Of a DNA stretch of 64,000 nucleotides, positions 1 to 9,847 are shown in pieces. Position 1 is the first letter of the stretch. The number at the start of each line of letters is the position of its first letter. Origin of the DNA: a virus; IMG/VR virus record IMGVR_UViG_3300031455_000001, positions 32,001 through 96,000 of that record; one strand, written 5' to 3'. The notes beneath the pieces were generated by a model that saw only the letters and a list, made by a program, of their open reading frames with translations, was not told where the DNA came from and ran no database searches. Made by a program: the position numbers and the translations under genes.

Positions 1-6
1 AAAACT

Positions 7-270
7 TTATCCATCGTGATCCCCATTTCTAATTTCTTTGTAAACATCAAAGTTGGAAATGTAGTCTCTATTAAGCCTTTTAACTGCTACTCTTTCACAT
101 GTGTTCAGTGCTTCTGCTACATCAGATTGGCTTGCGAATCGCCTGTTTTCATGTTTACCAGATCGGTCTTTGTAAATGTAATAAATCCCACCAGCAATCT
201 CTTCGAAAACAGTTGATGCGTAGTTGTTTAATTGATGGTACTGTTCATGAAATTTGTAGTAAATGTGCAT
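7..270 (-). CDS. hypothetical phage protein
   Basis: ORF track; AAGGAG RBS upstream. Confidence 0.6.
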   Translation of the reverse strand: MHIYYKFHEQYHQLNNYASTVFEEIAGGIYYIYKDRSGKHENRRFASQSDVAEALNTCERVAVKRLNRDYISNFDVYKEIRNGDHDG

Positions 271-281
271 TTTCCCACTCC

Positions 282-431
282 TTATTGATCTTCTTCGCCA
301 CAGTCTTTACAGACAAAAAGCCTGTTTCCTGTTGCTCTGTTTGTCGGATATCTTTTTAAATCAGATTCCTTTATGTATTTCTCCAAGACAAGATCGCAAT
401 CCCAACATTCTAATTTAACTTTTATCTTCAT
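282..431 (-). CDS. small zinc-finger-like protein (49 aa, not in ORF track)
   Basis: Manual translation MKIKVKLECWDC...FVCKDCGEEDQ, two CxxC motifs; RBS and promoter (458-486) upstream. Confidence 0.6.
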   Translation of the reverse strand: MKIKVKLECWDCDLVLEKYIKESDLKRYPTNRATGNRLFVCKDCGEEDQ

Positions 432-457
432 CCCATCTCTCCTTTTATTATAATCTA

Positions 458-486
458 ATTATATCATAATTTGTTGCAGTTGTCAA
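458..486 (-). promoter_or_regulatory. sigma-A promoter (class 1)
   Basis: TTGACA-17 bp-TATAAT on minus strand. Confidence 0.8.
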
Positions 487-1034
487 TGGCTTTTTAAAAC
501 AACTTCTAAAGTTTTTGGTTGTAGATGGATAATGTTTCTCTGTCTTTTAATAGTGTATTTTATGCAGTTCCAAGTCCCTCCATTCTCCACTCCATCCCAA
601 ACAGCAATCACAAACCTTGAATTATCAACCATCCACTTATTCCTATTCTGCATACACCATGCGGTATAGGAATCTTCTGAAACATAATGCACATGATCTG
701 CCTCCCTTGTTATATGAGTCCAAGTTTCCTTATCTGCATTTTTCCACTTTGATGAGTGATTAGAGCAAGGTACTGCGCACACAAGTCTGATATGAGGATA
801 TTTCTCTTTCAACTTTAAAACAGTTAGAGCAGACCAAGTATCAATCCCCAAAGCCATTCCAGAAACAAAAGTATCAATACCACGTTTCACAATAAGCCTT
901 TCGATGACTGCTCTTAGTTTCAAGATTATCTTTCGATTTCCATCTGTTCTATAATCATATCCAAACCCAAGTTTATCTGGTCTGTGACCCGTGAAACAAG
1001 CTGTCTTTTCAAATTTAATATCCAATCTTATCAA
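483..1034 (-). CDS. SLOG family protein (YspA/DUF1273-like)
   Basis: ACFTGHRP, SGMALGIDTW, RNKWMVD, GGTWNCI motifs. Confidence 0.85.
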   Translation of the reverse strand: MIRLDIKFEKTACFTGHRPDKLGFGYDYRTDGNRKIILKLRAVIERLIVKRGIDTFVSGMALGIDTWSALTVLKLKEKYPHIRLVCAVPCSNHSSKWKNADKETWTHITREADHVHYVSEDSYTAWCMQNRNKWMVDNSRFVIAVWDGVENGGTWNCIKYTIKRQRNIIHLQPKTLEVVLKSH

Positions 1035-1071
1035 CCCCTAAAAAAATAAGAATAGCCTTTTGACTACTCTT

Positions 1072-1100
1072 ATTTTACCATTATTTATTGTATTTGTCAA
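1072..1100 (-). promoter_or_regulatory. sigma-A promoter (class 1)
   Basis: TTGACA-AATACAATAAATAATGG-TAAAAT. Confidence 0.75.
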
Positions 1101-1494
1101 TCGTTAATTCATTGTTTTCGCAGTTGTTTTTAAAGATAAACATTCGATTATGTGGATCTCCATCTGTATCTAAGTTTGAGTATCGACCCTCACTTATCAA
1201 CACTGTCTCCAAACTGTTGATCTGATCGCCAAGATTGTGATCAATATATAAGTGAGTGGCATTTGCCGTTTCAAAAGTTTGATGAGACGGTCGCATTGAT
1301 ACTGTAGACCCATCGCTGAACCTTACATATCGTCCTTTATTATCCATACTACTATTTCTTGCTTCTCTTTCACCATCTAACAATTCGTTGACGATTGAAT
1401 TAAAAAGCTTCTCTCTGACAGCAATGTTTTTGAAATCACCGTTATCAAGATATAGAATTACAATTTTCTTAGCTCTCATTGTTATCATCTCCAT
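1081..1494 (-). CDS. hypothetical protein, paralog of 1469-1927
   Basis: Shares KIVxLY, RF(S/K)DG and YID motifs with the neighbour. Confidence 0.65.
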   Translation of the reverse strand: MEMITMRAKKIVILYLDNGDFKNIAVREKLFNSIVNELLDGEREARNSSMDNKGRYVRFSDGSTVSMRPSHQTFETANATHLYIDHNLGDQINSLETVLISEGRYSNLDTDGDPHNRMFIFKNNCENNELTIDKYNK

Positions 1495-1927
1495 ACTGCT
1501 TCATAAATTCTAAGAATGTAAAATCCCCGCCATGAGTATTTAATTTAAACGTCTTGAGTCTTTCTTCAATTGGCTTATCGTAGTCATACAAACTTTGGGT
1601 CAACCTGTCATCTAAAAGTGATGGCATGATTTTTGTAAGCATATACATCCGTGCATCTGGTTCTGTGTATCTGATATCATCGTCAATATAGACGTCTGTA
1701 AATTTCATTCCTGTCAACCCGTAATCAGAAATAGGGTATAGCACAATGTCTGTGCCATCTTTGAATTGAACCCTAGAGATTTCACGAGTAATTCTTTCTG
1801 AACTTACAATTCCATTGCTATCTCCAGAATACAATACATTGTGAGCTAACTCATAGACTAATCTCTCACCAATTTGCACATTGTTATACTTCTTTTCATT
1901 ACAATATAAAACAACTATCTTCCGCAT
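1469..1927 (-). CDS. hypothetical protein with terminase/ASCE-ATPase-like fragment
   Basis: FKDGTDIVLYP...GMKFTDVYIDDD resembles the FxNGSxI...RG...hhhDE segment of terminase ATPases. Confidence 0.55.
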   Translation of the reverse strand: MRKIVVLYCNEKKYNNVQIGERLVYELAHNVLYSGDSNGIVSSERITREISRVQFKDGTDIVLYPISDYGLTGMKFTDVYIDDDIRYTEPDARMYMLTKIMPSLLDDRLTQSLYDYDKPIEERLKTFKLNTHGGDFTFLEFMKQYGDDNNES

Positions 1928-1929
1928 TA

Positions 1930-2295
1930 TTACACCTCTTTATCTTTAACAAACCCTCCACGAACAACATATCCATGAGCAATAATTTCACTAATCATCT
2001 TTGAGTCAACTGATTCATCAATCAGCACTCCATTAGGATAATTATCAATGTTGTTTTTCAACTCAATAGTAAAGTTTTGCGCAACTCTTATAATTTTAAT
2101 ATCAGGATTTATTTTAAGAAAATTATCAGCCTGTAATTGCTTTCCTACAATAATAGCTAGGTCTTCTTTTACCGCTTTATCTGCAAGCAATTTATTCTTG
2201 TTGATGATGTCATGAGCATGTATCAGCTCACCTTTTTTAAGCCTGTACTTAACTGTCATCTCTAAAAGGATATGATTTACTTTCAATTTATCCAC
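1930..2295 (-). CDS. hypothetical protein (Walker-B-like GVLIDE)
   Basis: ORF track; tightly coupled to DNA ligase. Confidence 0.6.
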   Translation of the reverse strand: MDKLKVNHILLEMTVKYRLKKGELIHAHDIINKNKLLADKAVKEDLAIIVGKQLQADNFLKINPDIKIIRVAQNFTIELKNNIDNYPNGVLIDESVDSKMISEIIAHGYVVRGGFVKDKEV

Positions 2296-3618
2296 CTACT
2301 CACCATAGTTGATATCTTCTACGCCCTTGTCTTCTCTGATTCCTTTGTATACTGGAAATCTCAAAGAAGGCAATCCAGTTTTTTCGCTCTTAGATTCTTC
2401 AAAATAAGAAACTTCAATTATTTTACCGCAAATTAAGTCTGGGTTATCGATGAATGCTTTTCTGTCTTCAAGTGTAAAGCCAGATCCAACACCGCAAAGA
2501 CCACCTTTGTATTCAACATTTACTCTTGAAAGCAAACCCTCAAATTGACCATCAATTGCTTTCTCTACACTCATAACTAAAAGATCTGCTGTCTTCATCG
2601 TTTTCACTTTCAAAAGGTCAGTGGTTCTTTTTGTTTGATATAAGCCCTCAGCAGTATTAACCATTACGCCTTCCAATCCACGCGATTCGACTTCTCTCAC
2701 GATTAAAGGAATTACACCTTTATCATCGCCTTCGTAGATGACAGGAAGTACATGAATGAATTTGCTCTCATTTGCGAAGTTTAAGATCACAGAGTCTAAA
2801 GTGTTTCTTCTCATAGAGTAATTTCTCTTTGATACTCCATCTTGAAATTCGGCAACAGTCAAAGTATCAAAAATGTGAAATTCTAAGTTCTTCTTTTCTC
2901 CATCTTTTCTTACAACCTTCTGTGTAGCTCTAAATAGTTCATCTGAAGGCAGACTGTATTTATTGTTCAACAACAATTCCCCATCGTAGACACCGTGAGG
3001 GAACTTGCTAAATTGCTCTTCAAGCTCTAACATTCCTTCAATTGCCTGACCTTTTCTAGAAAAGAATTTAACTCCATCTTTCTTTACAATTGCTACGCTA
3101 CGATTTCCATCTAGTTTTAAAGTTACAAAAAATTTACCTGTGACTTTGTTTTCTTTTTTCTCAAAAGATTCTGCTAACATAACGGCAAACGTTGGGATAA
3201 CACCTTTGCCGTAAACTTTGTTTACAGTTTTTTCAGAAATCCCTAGCTTTAAATCTTTCGTAACAATTTTTCTAACAAACTCTCTTAATTCAACGGATGC
3301 CTGTTTTTCTATGAAACTTTGCACTACATAGACATCATAATGACTGCCTGTATTACTCCGTCTTAAATAAGCCAATAAACTACCCATATTGTCAAAATTG
3401 TGATTTCCTATTTCCAAATCAAAAGGCTCAATTTCTTTTTTCATTTTCTTAGTTGAAATACCAGTCACTACGTATGGGTTGAGGAGAAATTCTAAAACCT
3501 TGCGAAATCCTTCATTGTTCTCATTGTCTTTAAGAATTTTCTCTTTTACAGCCCTGACTCCTGTATCTTGAATTGATTTGAAGATATTATATATATTCAG
3601 TAAATCCAACCACGACAC
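2296..3618 (-). CDS. lig: ATP-dependent DNA ligase
   Basis: KLDG adenylation motif, DGEL, EGVM, LLKVK, OB domain with GVGSGF and SLRFP. Confidence 0.95.
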   Translation of the reverse strand: MSWLDLLNIYNIFKSIQDTGVRAVKEKILKDNENNEGFRKVLEFLLNPYVVTGISTKKMKKEIEPFDLEIGNHNFDNMGSLLAYLRRSNTGSHYDVYVVQSFIEKQASVELREFVRKIVTKDLKLGISEKTVNKVYGKGVIPTFAVMLAESFEKKENKVTGKFFVTLKLDGNRSVAIVKKDGVKFFSRKGQAIEGMLELEEQFSKFPHGVYDGELLLNNKYSLPSDELFRATQKVVRKDGEKKNLEFHIFDTLTVAEFQDGVSKRNYSMRRNTLDSVILNFANESKFIHVLPVIYEGDDKGVIPLIVREVESRGLEGVMVNTAEGLYQTKRTTDLLKVKTMKTADLLVMSVEKAIDGQFEGLLSRVNVEYKGGLCGVGSGFTLEDRKAFIDNPDLICGKIIEVSYFEESKSEKTGLPSLRFPVYKGIREDKGVEDINYGE

Positions 3619-3632
3619 CTCTTATTATATTA

Positions 3633-4247
3633 TTATTTTTTACGCTTTGATTCTAAGATAGCATCGACCAATCCTAATTCTACTGCTTCTTTTGTGCGGA
3701 TATACCAGTCGCGCTTTTCTCTTTGTACTTTTTTCAGCTTTTTCTTTTCGATTTTAGTCAGGCTGACAACATACTCATCGTACATATTATTTAGTACATC
3801 TGCTTGCTTGCAATAGTCTCCAATGCCTTCAAACTTATCATGAATGCCGCCACTGCCTTGATGATACATAAAAGTTGCAAGAGGATGAGCGAATCGCTTA
3901 TGCCCAAATGCAAAGATCAAAAAACCCATACTCATAGCTTTTCCATAACAATATGTATAAATTGGAGTTACACTTGTATCAATAGCACCACATAGAGCGA
4001 ACCCATCATATATAGATCCTCCATATGTATTAACGATAATCTTAATGGGTTCACGCACATGTTTGTCATCTTTTGACTCTTTCTCTTCGTCAATTCTGTT
4101 GATTTCAAAAATGCTCATGATGATGTTCTCAATCGACTCAGCATTAACATCCTTATTAAGAATAAATTCACGCGCATCTCTTTTTTCCTCAATAGTGGTT
4201 GTAGTCTTAACTTCAACTTCATTCTTCGGTGTTTGTTCGTTCCCCAT
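3633..4247 (-). CDS. clpP: ClpP-like protease proteolytic subunit
   Basis: NTYGGSIYDG, AMSMG (Ser), FMYHQ (His), RDWY (Asp), EAVELGLVD. Confidence 0.9.
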   Translation of the reverse strand: MGNEQTPKNEVEVKTTTTIEEKRDAREFILNKDVNAESIENIIMSIFEINRIDEEKESKDDKHVREPIKIIVNTYGGSIYDGFALCGAIDTSVTPIYTYCYGKAMSMGFLIFAFGHKRFAHPLATFMYHQGSGGIHDKFEGIGDYCKQADVLNNMYDEYVVSLTKIEKKKLKKVQREKRDWYIRTKEAVELGLVDAILESKRKK

Positions 4248-4261
4248 TTCAATTTCCTCCT

Positions 4262-5278
4262 TTAATGTGCTTTAGTATCAGCGTTTCGCAATATTTCTAA
4301 CTTTTCAAAAATCCCTTGCCCAACCTTGTCTTTTAATTTATTTTTATTAGCTTTGTCATCTAATAAAACCATGTGAAACTGGATAAGTGTTGAAGCTTCT
4401 TGTATAAACTCTTCTGAGAAATTCAACTTTCTCAAGAAATTAACAGCCAGTTGAGCGCCTACATTTTCATGACCATAGAAGTTTGCGTATCTTGTTTCTT
4501 CACCTTTTCTATTTACAAAGCTTTTACAGAATGCTTTACCTGTATCATGTAAAATCGCAGTCCATAACAACAATTCCTTGTCTTCACCTTCGTAGTTGTC
4601 CAATATGTACTTATAGACATAGTAGGTATGTCTGCTAACAGAGAAACTATGGTATTTTGAATCCTGTGATAGCTCGTATATGTCAAAAAACTCATCAAAA
4701 AACTGAGATAGAAACATCATCACTTCATACCCTTCTCGACCGAAAAGCACGCCTACTCTGATAGCATCTGTGAATTGTTTAGGTAATTCATTCAACTCGT
4801 CTTCAACATCTATATCGTATTGAGTGATAATCTTATCCCATCCCTCAGAATAGATAGGGATTTGAAAAGTTTTATACATTCTGTCTATTACTTCCTTTGG
4901 GACGATTCTTTCTCTTTTAGAGTTTTGCTCTAGAGTATTTTTATACGATGTCGCTATGTAATAAGCAATCTTTTCAACTTTCTTTGGTAATTGTGTAAGA
5001 AGACCTTTTCTTTTCTTGCTGTTGATATTTGTAGCGTCATATACAACATGTTTACCATCATTGAGTGCTTGCAATGTTCGCTTTCTCATTGTTTCAAACA
5101 CTTCTGTATTAATATTCTGATTTTCTTCATTGCCAGAAAGTTCTTTTCTTATATCATCAGAAGATAGATAAACAACATCATTCTCTTCTGCTAAACCTCT
5201 AGCAATGGTAGATTTGCCACTGCCGGGCAAGCCGATCATCATTATGAATTTTTTATTAGACAATGTTCTCACCTCCAT
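4262..5278 (-). CDS. polynucleotide kinase (P-loop) fused to HD phosphohydrolase
   Basis: GLPGSGKST, SSDDIR, YDATN; C-terminal H...LHDTGK...GHENVGA...H..D. Confidence 0.88.
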   Translation of the reverse strand: MEVRTLSNKKFIMMIGLPGSGKSTIARGLAEENDVVYLSSDDIRKELSGNEENQNINTEVFETMRKRTLQALNDGKHVVYDATNINSKKRKGLLTQLPKKVEKIAYYIATSYKNTLEQNSKRERIVPKEVIDRMYKTFQIPIYSEGWDKIITQYDIDVEDELNELPKQFTDAIRVGVLFGREGYEVMMFLSQFFDEFFDIYELSQDSKYHSFSVSRHTYYVYKYILDNYEGEDKELLLWTAILHDTGKAFCKSFVNRKGEETRYANFYGHENVGAQLAVNFLRKLNFSEEFIQEASTLIQFHMVLLDDKANKNKLKDKVGQGIFEKLEILRNADTKAH

Positions 5279-5357
5279 AAAAATCTTTTCTATTTATTTC
5301 TCCATTAAAATCTTTATGTATTATTTCTTCTGCTTTCTTGTGTCACCTGTTAAATCT

Positions 5358-6635
5358 TTAACTTTCTTCATTTTTCATCGACTCTTCTTCTTCAATATCT
5401 AAAATATCGTCAGCTTTAATTAACCCTTCCAAAATTTTGAAGTCAACTGATTTTTGTTTTAATGCTGTGAATTTTTCTCTGTTATCTATTCGTGCAATAA
5501 TACCCTCTCTAATGTGTGTTCTGCCAATTGGATCTGCCCCATCTTCATGAAGCTTCACACGTTTCATTAAATTTTCTTCCGTTGTGAAGAGAAACTTGTC
5601 TAGTTCTGGCACGTGCTTAACTCCCATCTGCTCACATCTGATCTTTACTAATTCCCAAGGATATTCAACTACATGACCATCTTCATTTGTCATTGTCATT
5701 CTATAAACATAGATATCACTCTCACCATTTTCACAACCGTATGTAAATCTTGTCTTTTCACCATATGTTCTAATAAACTCTTTATCTTTAGTTTTTCTAT
5801 TATCACACTCTGGCATAATTAATTGATCTTCATTTACATATCCAGTTACTTCTAGAAAAACCTCTTCACCTTTATTCAGTTTTCCTTCAAAGAAGTTATG
5901 CCACTTCTTTCTAAACTCGTTTCCACCATAAAATCCACCGTTAAAGTTGTTTAATGTTACTCTTCGTGTACCGCTTATGTACTGCCAAGAAGTGTGCTCA
6001 GACTTAAATACTTTCAATAGCTTATTAATGATTCCATTTTTCTTCTTTACTGTATGTGCTGTACGTTGGGAAGTACCATGAAGCTTCAAGGTGATGTAGC
6101 ACAAATCTCCCTCTTTAAAGCTGTTTGTGCTATAGGCTAATTGAGAAGTATCACTATGCCTTTCAAAGAAAGGAAAAGCCTCTGAGTCTTTTTTCTTTTT
6201 ACCTTTTTGTTGTTTGACTGGCTCCTGTACTTTTTTACTCTTAGGTACATATTTTTCACAAATCAAAACGCCTTTTAACGTTGTGATTGCATCTCCCTCT
6301 TGTAGACTTGAAACCTTACAGAATCTAGACAATGAATCAATTGGCATGAATAAACCATCCGATTGCTCTCCTCTAAGCTTAATAGTGGTAACATGTCTTT
6401 TTGCAGGATCTAAATACCCTCCAGTGTTACTTCCACTAATACGCACTAAATTATTCTTCTCAGCGTACTCAACTCCCAACCTACCATCAGTAGGAAAATA
6501 CACTCCCAAATCTCCGACCTTTACATCCAAACCAACTATGACATTATTGCCAAAAACAGTTGCAACTTGTAATTTGTCAGCATTAGAGTGACCTCTTAAT
6601 TCTTTAACCGTGGTAATGTAACCGCAATAACTCAT
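5358..6635 (-). CDS. RNA ligase (Rnl2/DRB0094-like) with N-terminal OB domain
   Basis: HSNADKLQVA and KLRGEQSDGL N-domain; TLKLHGTS adenylation motif; REGII; ALKQKS. Confidence 0.85.
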   Translation of the reverse strand: MSYCGYITTVKELRGHSNADKLQVATVFGNNVIVGLDVKVGDLGVYFPTDGRLGVEYAEKNNLVRISGSNTGGYLDPAKRHVTTIKLRGEQSDGLFMPIDSLSRFCKVSSLQEGDAITTLKGVLICEKYVPKSKKVQEPVKQQKGKKKKDSEAFPFFERHSDTSQLAYSTNSFKEGDLCYITLKLHGTSQRTAHTVKKKNGIINKLLKVFKSEHTSWQYISGTRRVTLNNFNGGFYGGNEFRKKWHNFFEGKLNKGEEVFLEVTGYVNEDQLIMPECDNRKTKDKEFIRTYGEKTRFTYGCENGESDIYVYRMTMTNEDGHVVEYPWELVKIRCEQMGVKHVPELDKFLFTTEENLMKRVKLHEDGADPIGRTHIREGIIARIDNREKFTALKQKSVDFKILEGLIKADDILDIEEEESMKNEES

Positions 6636-6869
6636 TAGAAAACCCCTTTTATGTTATTATTTATTATACTTGTTAAGATAAAAAAATTAGAGCATTAAGC
6701 TCTATAAGTTAAAAACTTTTATAATCCAATTACCTGCGACTATGATTGAGACAATGATAAACAATGGATATAAGAAAAAATAATAAACTGACTTCCAAAG
6801 TTCACTCAGCATACTTTCCACCCCTGCCACAATCATATCACATATAGGTATAAAAGTCAATGATATATA

Positions 6870-7724
6870 CTATATTTTACTAATTAAATAATCTATGTCA
6901 AATATTCCATTACCATTATGGTGACTATGTTCTCCTAAATTGTCAATTAGCATTCTTATATCCTTAGATTTAAGATATACTCCCTTATTTCTTGCGTGAG
7001 AAATCAAAAGTGCTATGCCGCCCGCAACTAGAGGTGATGCCATAGAAGTTCCAGATTGTACTATGTAATTTCCATCTTTATATGTAGAAAGTATATTCTC
7101 AGCAGGTGCTACAGTATTCATTTCTTTTCCGTAATTGGAGAAGGATGCTAAATTCATACTTCTATCCAACCCTCCAACCCCGATTACTTCATCCATAAAT
7201 GCGGGGTATTGAGGTTCATAATGTGAAGAGTTTCCTGTAGCACAAACTATGGTTATTCCTTTATGATAGGCTTCTGCAATACGCTCACGAAGAATGATAG
7301 GAAGATCTCTCTCTACCCCTAGACTCATCGATAAAATATCTACTTCATGATTTATTGCAAATGTAATCCCATCCATGATATGAGATAAATGTCCTCTACC
7401 CTGATCATCTAAAACTTTAGCTATATATAAATCTGCATTTGGTGCTACTCCAGTTTTTTTACCGACTAGCAAACCTGCTACAGAGGAACCATGCCCAAGC
7501 ATATCTTTTACATCTTCATTTTTCTTAGCCATATTTATCTTGGATTTAATACTGTCTTTTAAGTCTGGATGATCCTCATCTATTCCACTATCTATGACAG
7601 CTATCTTCACACCTTCACCTTTTGTAAGGAGCCAAGCTTTATGAGCATTGATAGCTTTTAATCCCCAATCAATCTCTGGCAAACCGTCTAGAGATTCAAT
7701 CACTGTTGATTTTAAATCGGTCAT
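6870..7724 (-). CDS. S8 subtilisin-family serine protease, no signal peptide
   Basis: IDSG (Asp), GHGSSVAG (His), ATGN oxyanion, SGTSMASP (Ser). Confidence 0.93.
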   Translation of the reverse strand: MTDLKSTVIESLDGLPEIDWGLKAINAHKAWLLTKGEGVKIAVIDSGIDEDHPDLKDSIKSKINMAKKNEDVKDMLGHGSSVAGLLVGKKTGVAPNADLYIAKVLDDQGRGHLSHIMDGITFAINHEVDILSMSLGVERDLPIILRERIAEAYHKGITIVCATGNSSHYEPQYPAFMDEVIGVGGLDRSMNLASFSNYGKEMNTVAPAENILSTYKDGNYIVQSGTSMASPLVAGGIALLISHARNKGVYLKSKDIRMLIDNLGEHSHHNGNGIFDIDYLISKI

Positions 7725-7932
7725 CCTTATACTCCTTGTCTATCTCTTGTCTAGCCATTATCTTCTTATATTCAGCTTCAGAAACACTTCTCTCACCTTT
7801 ACATTTTGGGCAATAGATACAGAAAAACTCCTGCAAACTATATCCTACACCTTTGTTTGTATTCTTTTTTTCAGATGTTAATAAATGATAATGGTGTTTG
7901 CACAATCTATTTCTTAATAAACTTAACAGCAT
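7696..7932 (-). CDS. small Cys/His zinc-binding protein
   Basis: CxH...YCPKC; similar to 26523-26819. Confidence 0.6.
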   Translation of the reverse strand: MLLSLLRNRLCKHHYHLLTSEKKNTNKGVGYSLQEFFCIYCPKCKGERSVSEAEYKKIMARQEIDKEYKDDRFKINSD

Positions 7933-8537
7933 TATTCCACCTCCATTGGTGCGACCTTTTTGAAGTGCGTTTTTAACATATTGTAGATCGGTTTAAATTG
8001 CTTATCTATTTCATCCCAATCATTGCCCATAGCAAACAGTTTGCCATTGAAGTGATTGGCGCTACTATATTTTACAATTCTTCCATACTTAGCTATTTGA
8101 ATACCAAAGTTCAAAATACGTAATGAATGATACATACTTTTCTTACCGTTATAGTTGTAGTTTTCTTTCATTTTCTTTTTGCACTTAACATAGCTAACTG
8201 AGGAAGCAGATGAAATAGCGTGTCGTAGCTGATTGTAATTTAGTTTGAAATAACCAACATAAGGATCATCTTGCTTTTGAAATATACATTCCAAAACACT
8301 AATAGTGTGAGCTTCTATGTTTTTAATAAATAAAGATTCACTATAAACTTTGAAGTCAACATTCGCCTTGTGATTCTCAACACTGTAGACAAAATCAATT
8401 GGATCGCTCTCATTAGGTTTCACTACCAAGATAAAGTCATAATCACTTGCAGGATTATTCACACCATAAACTCTCGATCCGTAACTGTAGCATTTTAATA
8501 TTGTATGTTCGATTTTCTCTCTGGTTTCCCACGCCAT
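7932..8537 (-). CDS. Pol-beta superfamily nucleotidyltransferase
   Basis: YGSRVYG...SDYDF motif. Confidence 0.8.
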   Translation of the reverse strand: MAWETREKIEHTILKCYSYGSRVYGVNNPASDYDFILVVKPNESDPIDFVYSVENHKANVDFKVYSESLFIKNIEAHTISVLECIFQKQDDPYVGYFKLNYNQLRHAISSASSVSYVKCKKKMKENYNYNGKKSMYHSLRILNFGIQIAKYGRIVKYSSANHFNGKLFAMGNDWDEIDKQFKPIYNMLKTHFKKVAPMEVE

Positions 8538-8640
8538 ATGAGATCAACTCCTTTATGTTTTGTTAAAGTATTTAGCCGAAAAACTCAAACCTTACTTGTA
8601 GACCAATCATTTAGACATTCTTCTTCCCCAAAAAGAAGAA

Positions 8641-8656
8641 TGTTTCACGTGAAACA
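8641..8656. promoter_or_regulatory. parS: parS (Spo0J/ParB binding site)
   Basis: TGTTTCACGTGAAACA, consensus palindrome. Confidence 0.9.
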
Positions 8657-8703
8657 TTATCTCCATCGCTTAATAGGATGCTTTATTAGTAAAAATCACT
8701 AGG

Positions 8704-8862
8704 TTACAATCCGTAGGTTGCATACCCGCAGTAAATGCCACAAAAGCCATATCGCATACTATAAGAGTCTCTTGTATCCATTCGCTTTCCACAACCGCTA
8801 CAATAGTAACGTTCTATATCCTTTTTAGAGATCTTGGTAAATCGCCATCTTTGCTTTTTCAT
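8704..8862 (-). CDS. small Cys-rich protein (52 aa, not in ORF track)
   Basis: MKKQRWRF...CSGC...FCGIYC; GGGGAG RBS. Confidence 0.55.
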   Translation of the reverse strand: MKKQRWRFTKISKKDIERYYCSGCGKRMDTRDSYSMRYGFCGIYCGYATYGL

Positions 8863-8897
8863 CCTATACTCTCCCCTATTTGATCGAACGGAAACAA

Positions 8898-9146
8898 TTA
8901 ATATTCCCGAATTTTAATATCCCACGTAGTAGAAGATATTTTTCTCTTCATAGATTCTATAGATTCAGATTCTTTAATAATACCCTTAACATACAAGCGT
9001 TGCTTTTCTCCCTTGTTGGTACCATTTATATTCCCGAACCGTTTCAAAAGACGTGTTTTAAATTCTTCAAAGCTTGTGTATTCCAGTTCATATTTCTTCT
9101 CGATGATCGTACCGCACGATATAGTCACTTCCACACGCTTTTCCAT
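8898..9146 (-). CDS. hypothetical protein
   Basis: ORF with GGAGGAG RBS. Confidence 0.6.
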   Translation of the reverse strand: MEKRVEVTISCGTIIEKKYELEYTSFEEFKTRLLKRFGNINGTNKGEKQRLYVKGIIKESESIESMKRKISSTTWDIKIREY

Positions 9147-9178
9147 TCGTTTTTCTCCTCCCTTTTTGTTCGAACGGT

Positions 9179-9382
9179 CTATTTTTCAACTACTTCTAAA
9201 TTCCATTCCTTAATAAGTTTTGCCATTAAAGGTTTTGTAAATCTAAACTCACCATTTTCAGCGCATAGAAGCATTGAACCTCTTTCTTCTTCATACACAG
9301 GGTAGGATTCATCTTTGTAAAATACTCTTCCTTCTGCTTCACAATTTTCATCAAATTTAACGTGGTATGCTAATTTACTCAT
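9179..9382 (-). CDS. hypothetical protein
   Basis: Start moved to ATG 9382, downstream of AGGAGG. Confidence 0.6.
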   Translation of the reverse strand: MSKLAYHVKFDENCEAEGRVFYKDESYPVYEEERGSMLLCAENGEFRFTKPLMAKLIKEWNLEVVEK

Positions 9383-9423
9383 TCCAATTCCTCCTTTTTG
9401 TTTAAAACCGTTTGGTTCTACTG

Positions 9424-9621
9424 TCACTTACTCACCCATAGACTGTCTAACAACTCTAGGTAATCATTTAGATCTTCTTCATCCATATTGTCTACGTCTC
9501 TACACTGTAAATCGAACTTTTTTTCTGTATTCCTTATATACTCTCTATAGGTTTCAGTATTTTTGGGCAAATAACAAAGATCACATATACGTGTATCTAA
9601 ATCCCCTGTTTTGATAACCAT
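9424..9621 (-). CDS. hypothetical protein
   Basis: ORF track. Confidence 0.55.
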   Translation of the reverse strand: MVIKTGDLDTRICDLCYLPKNTETYREYIRNTEKKFDLQCRDVDNMDEEDLNDYLELLDSLWVSK

Positions 9622-9667
9622 TTTTCGCTATTCACCCTTTCTCTTTATGGTTCTATTACGTCAAAAT

Positions 9668-9683
9668 TGTTTCACGTGAAACA
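9668..9683. promoter_or_regulatory. parS: parS site
   Basis: TGTTTCACGTGAAACA within a 22-bp palindrome. Confidence 0.9.
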
Positions 9684-9831
9684 ATTCCTACTCAGTAATT
9701 AACCAATAAATCATCATAGAGTTTATTGACCATGCTATTATCATAAAAAGTATATATATACATGCATATGTCGAACAGTTTGTCTTTCCATGTAAATAAT
9801 TTATATTTTTTCAAAGTCTTCAACCTCCCTA

Positions 9832-9847
9832 TGTTTCATGTGAAACA
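9832..9847. promoter_or_regulatory. parS: parS site (1 mismatch)
   Basis: TGTTTCATGTGAAACA. Confidence 0.8.

Larger units (their letters stand above)
8876..9658. repeat. family C junction sites (4 copies: 8876, 9162, 9408, 9643)
   Basis: e.g. CTATT-TGATCG-AACGG and CCGTT-TGGTTC-TACTG at gene junctions. Confidence 0.75.

Noticed and set aside
8704-8862. Frameshifted pseudogene
   Set aside because: On recount the ATG is in frame with the stop (159 nt).
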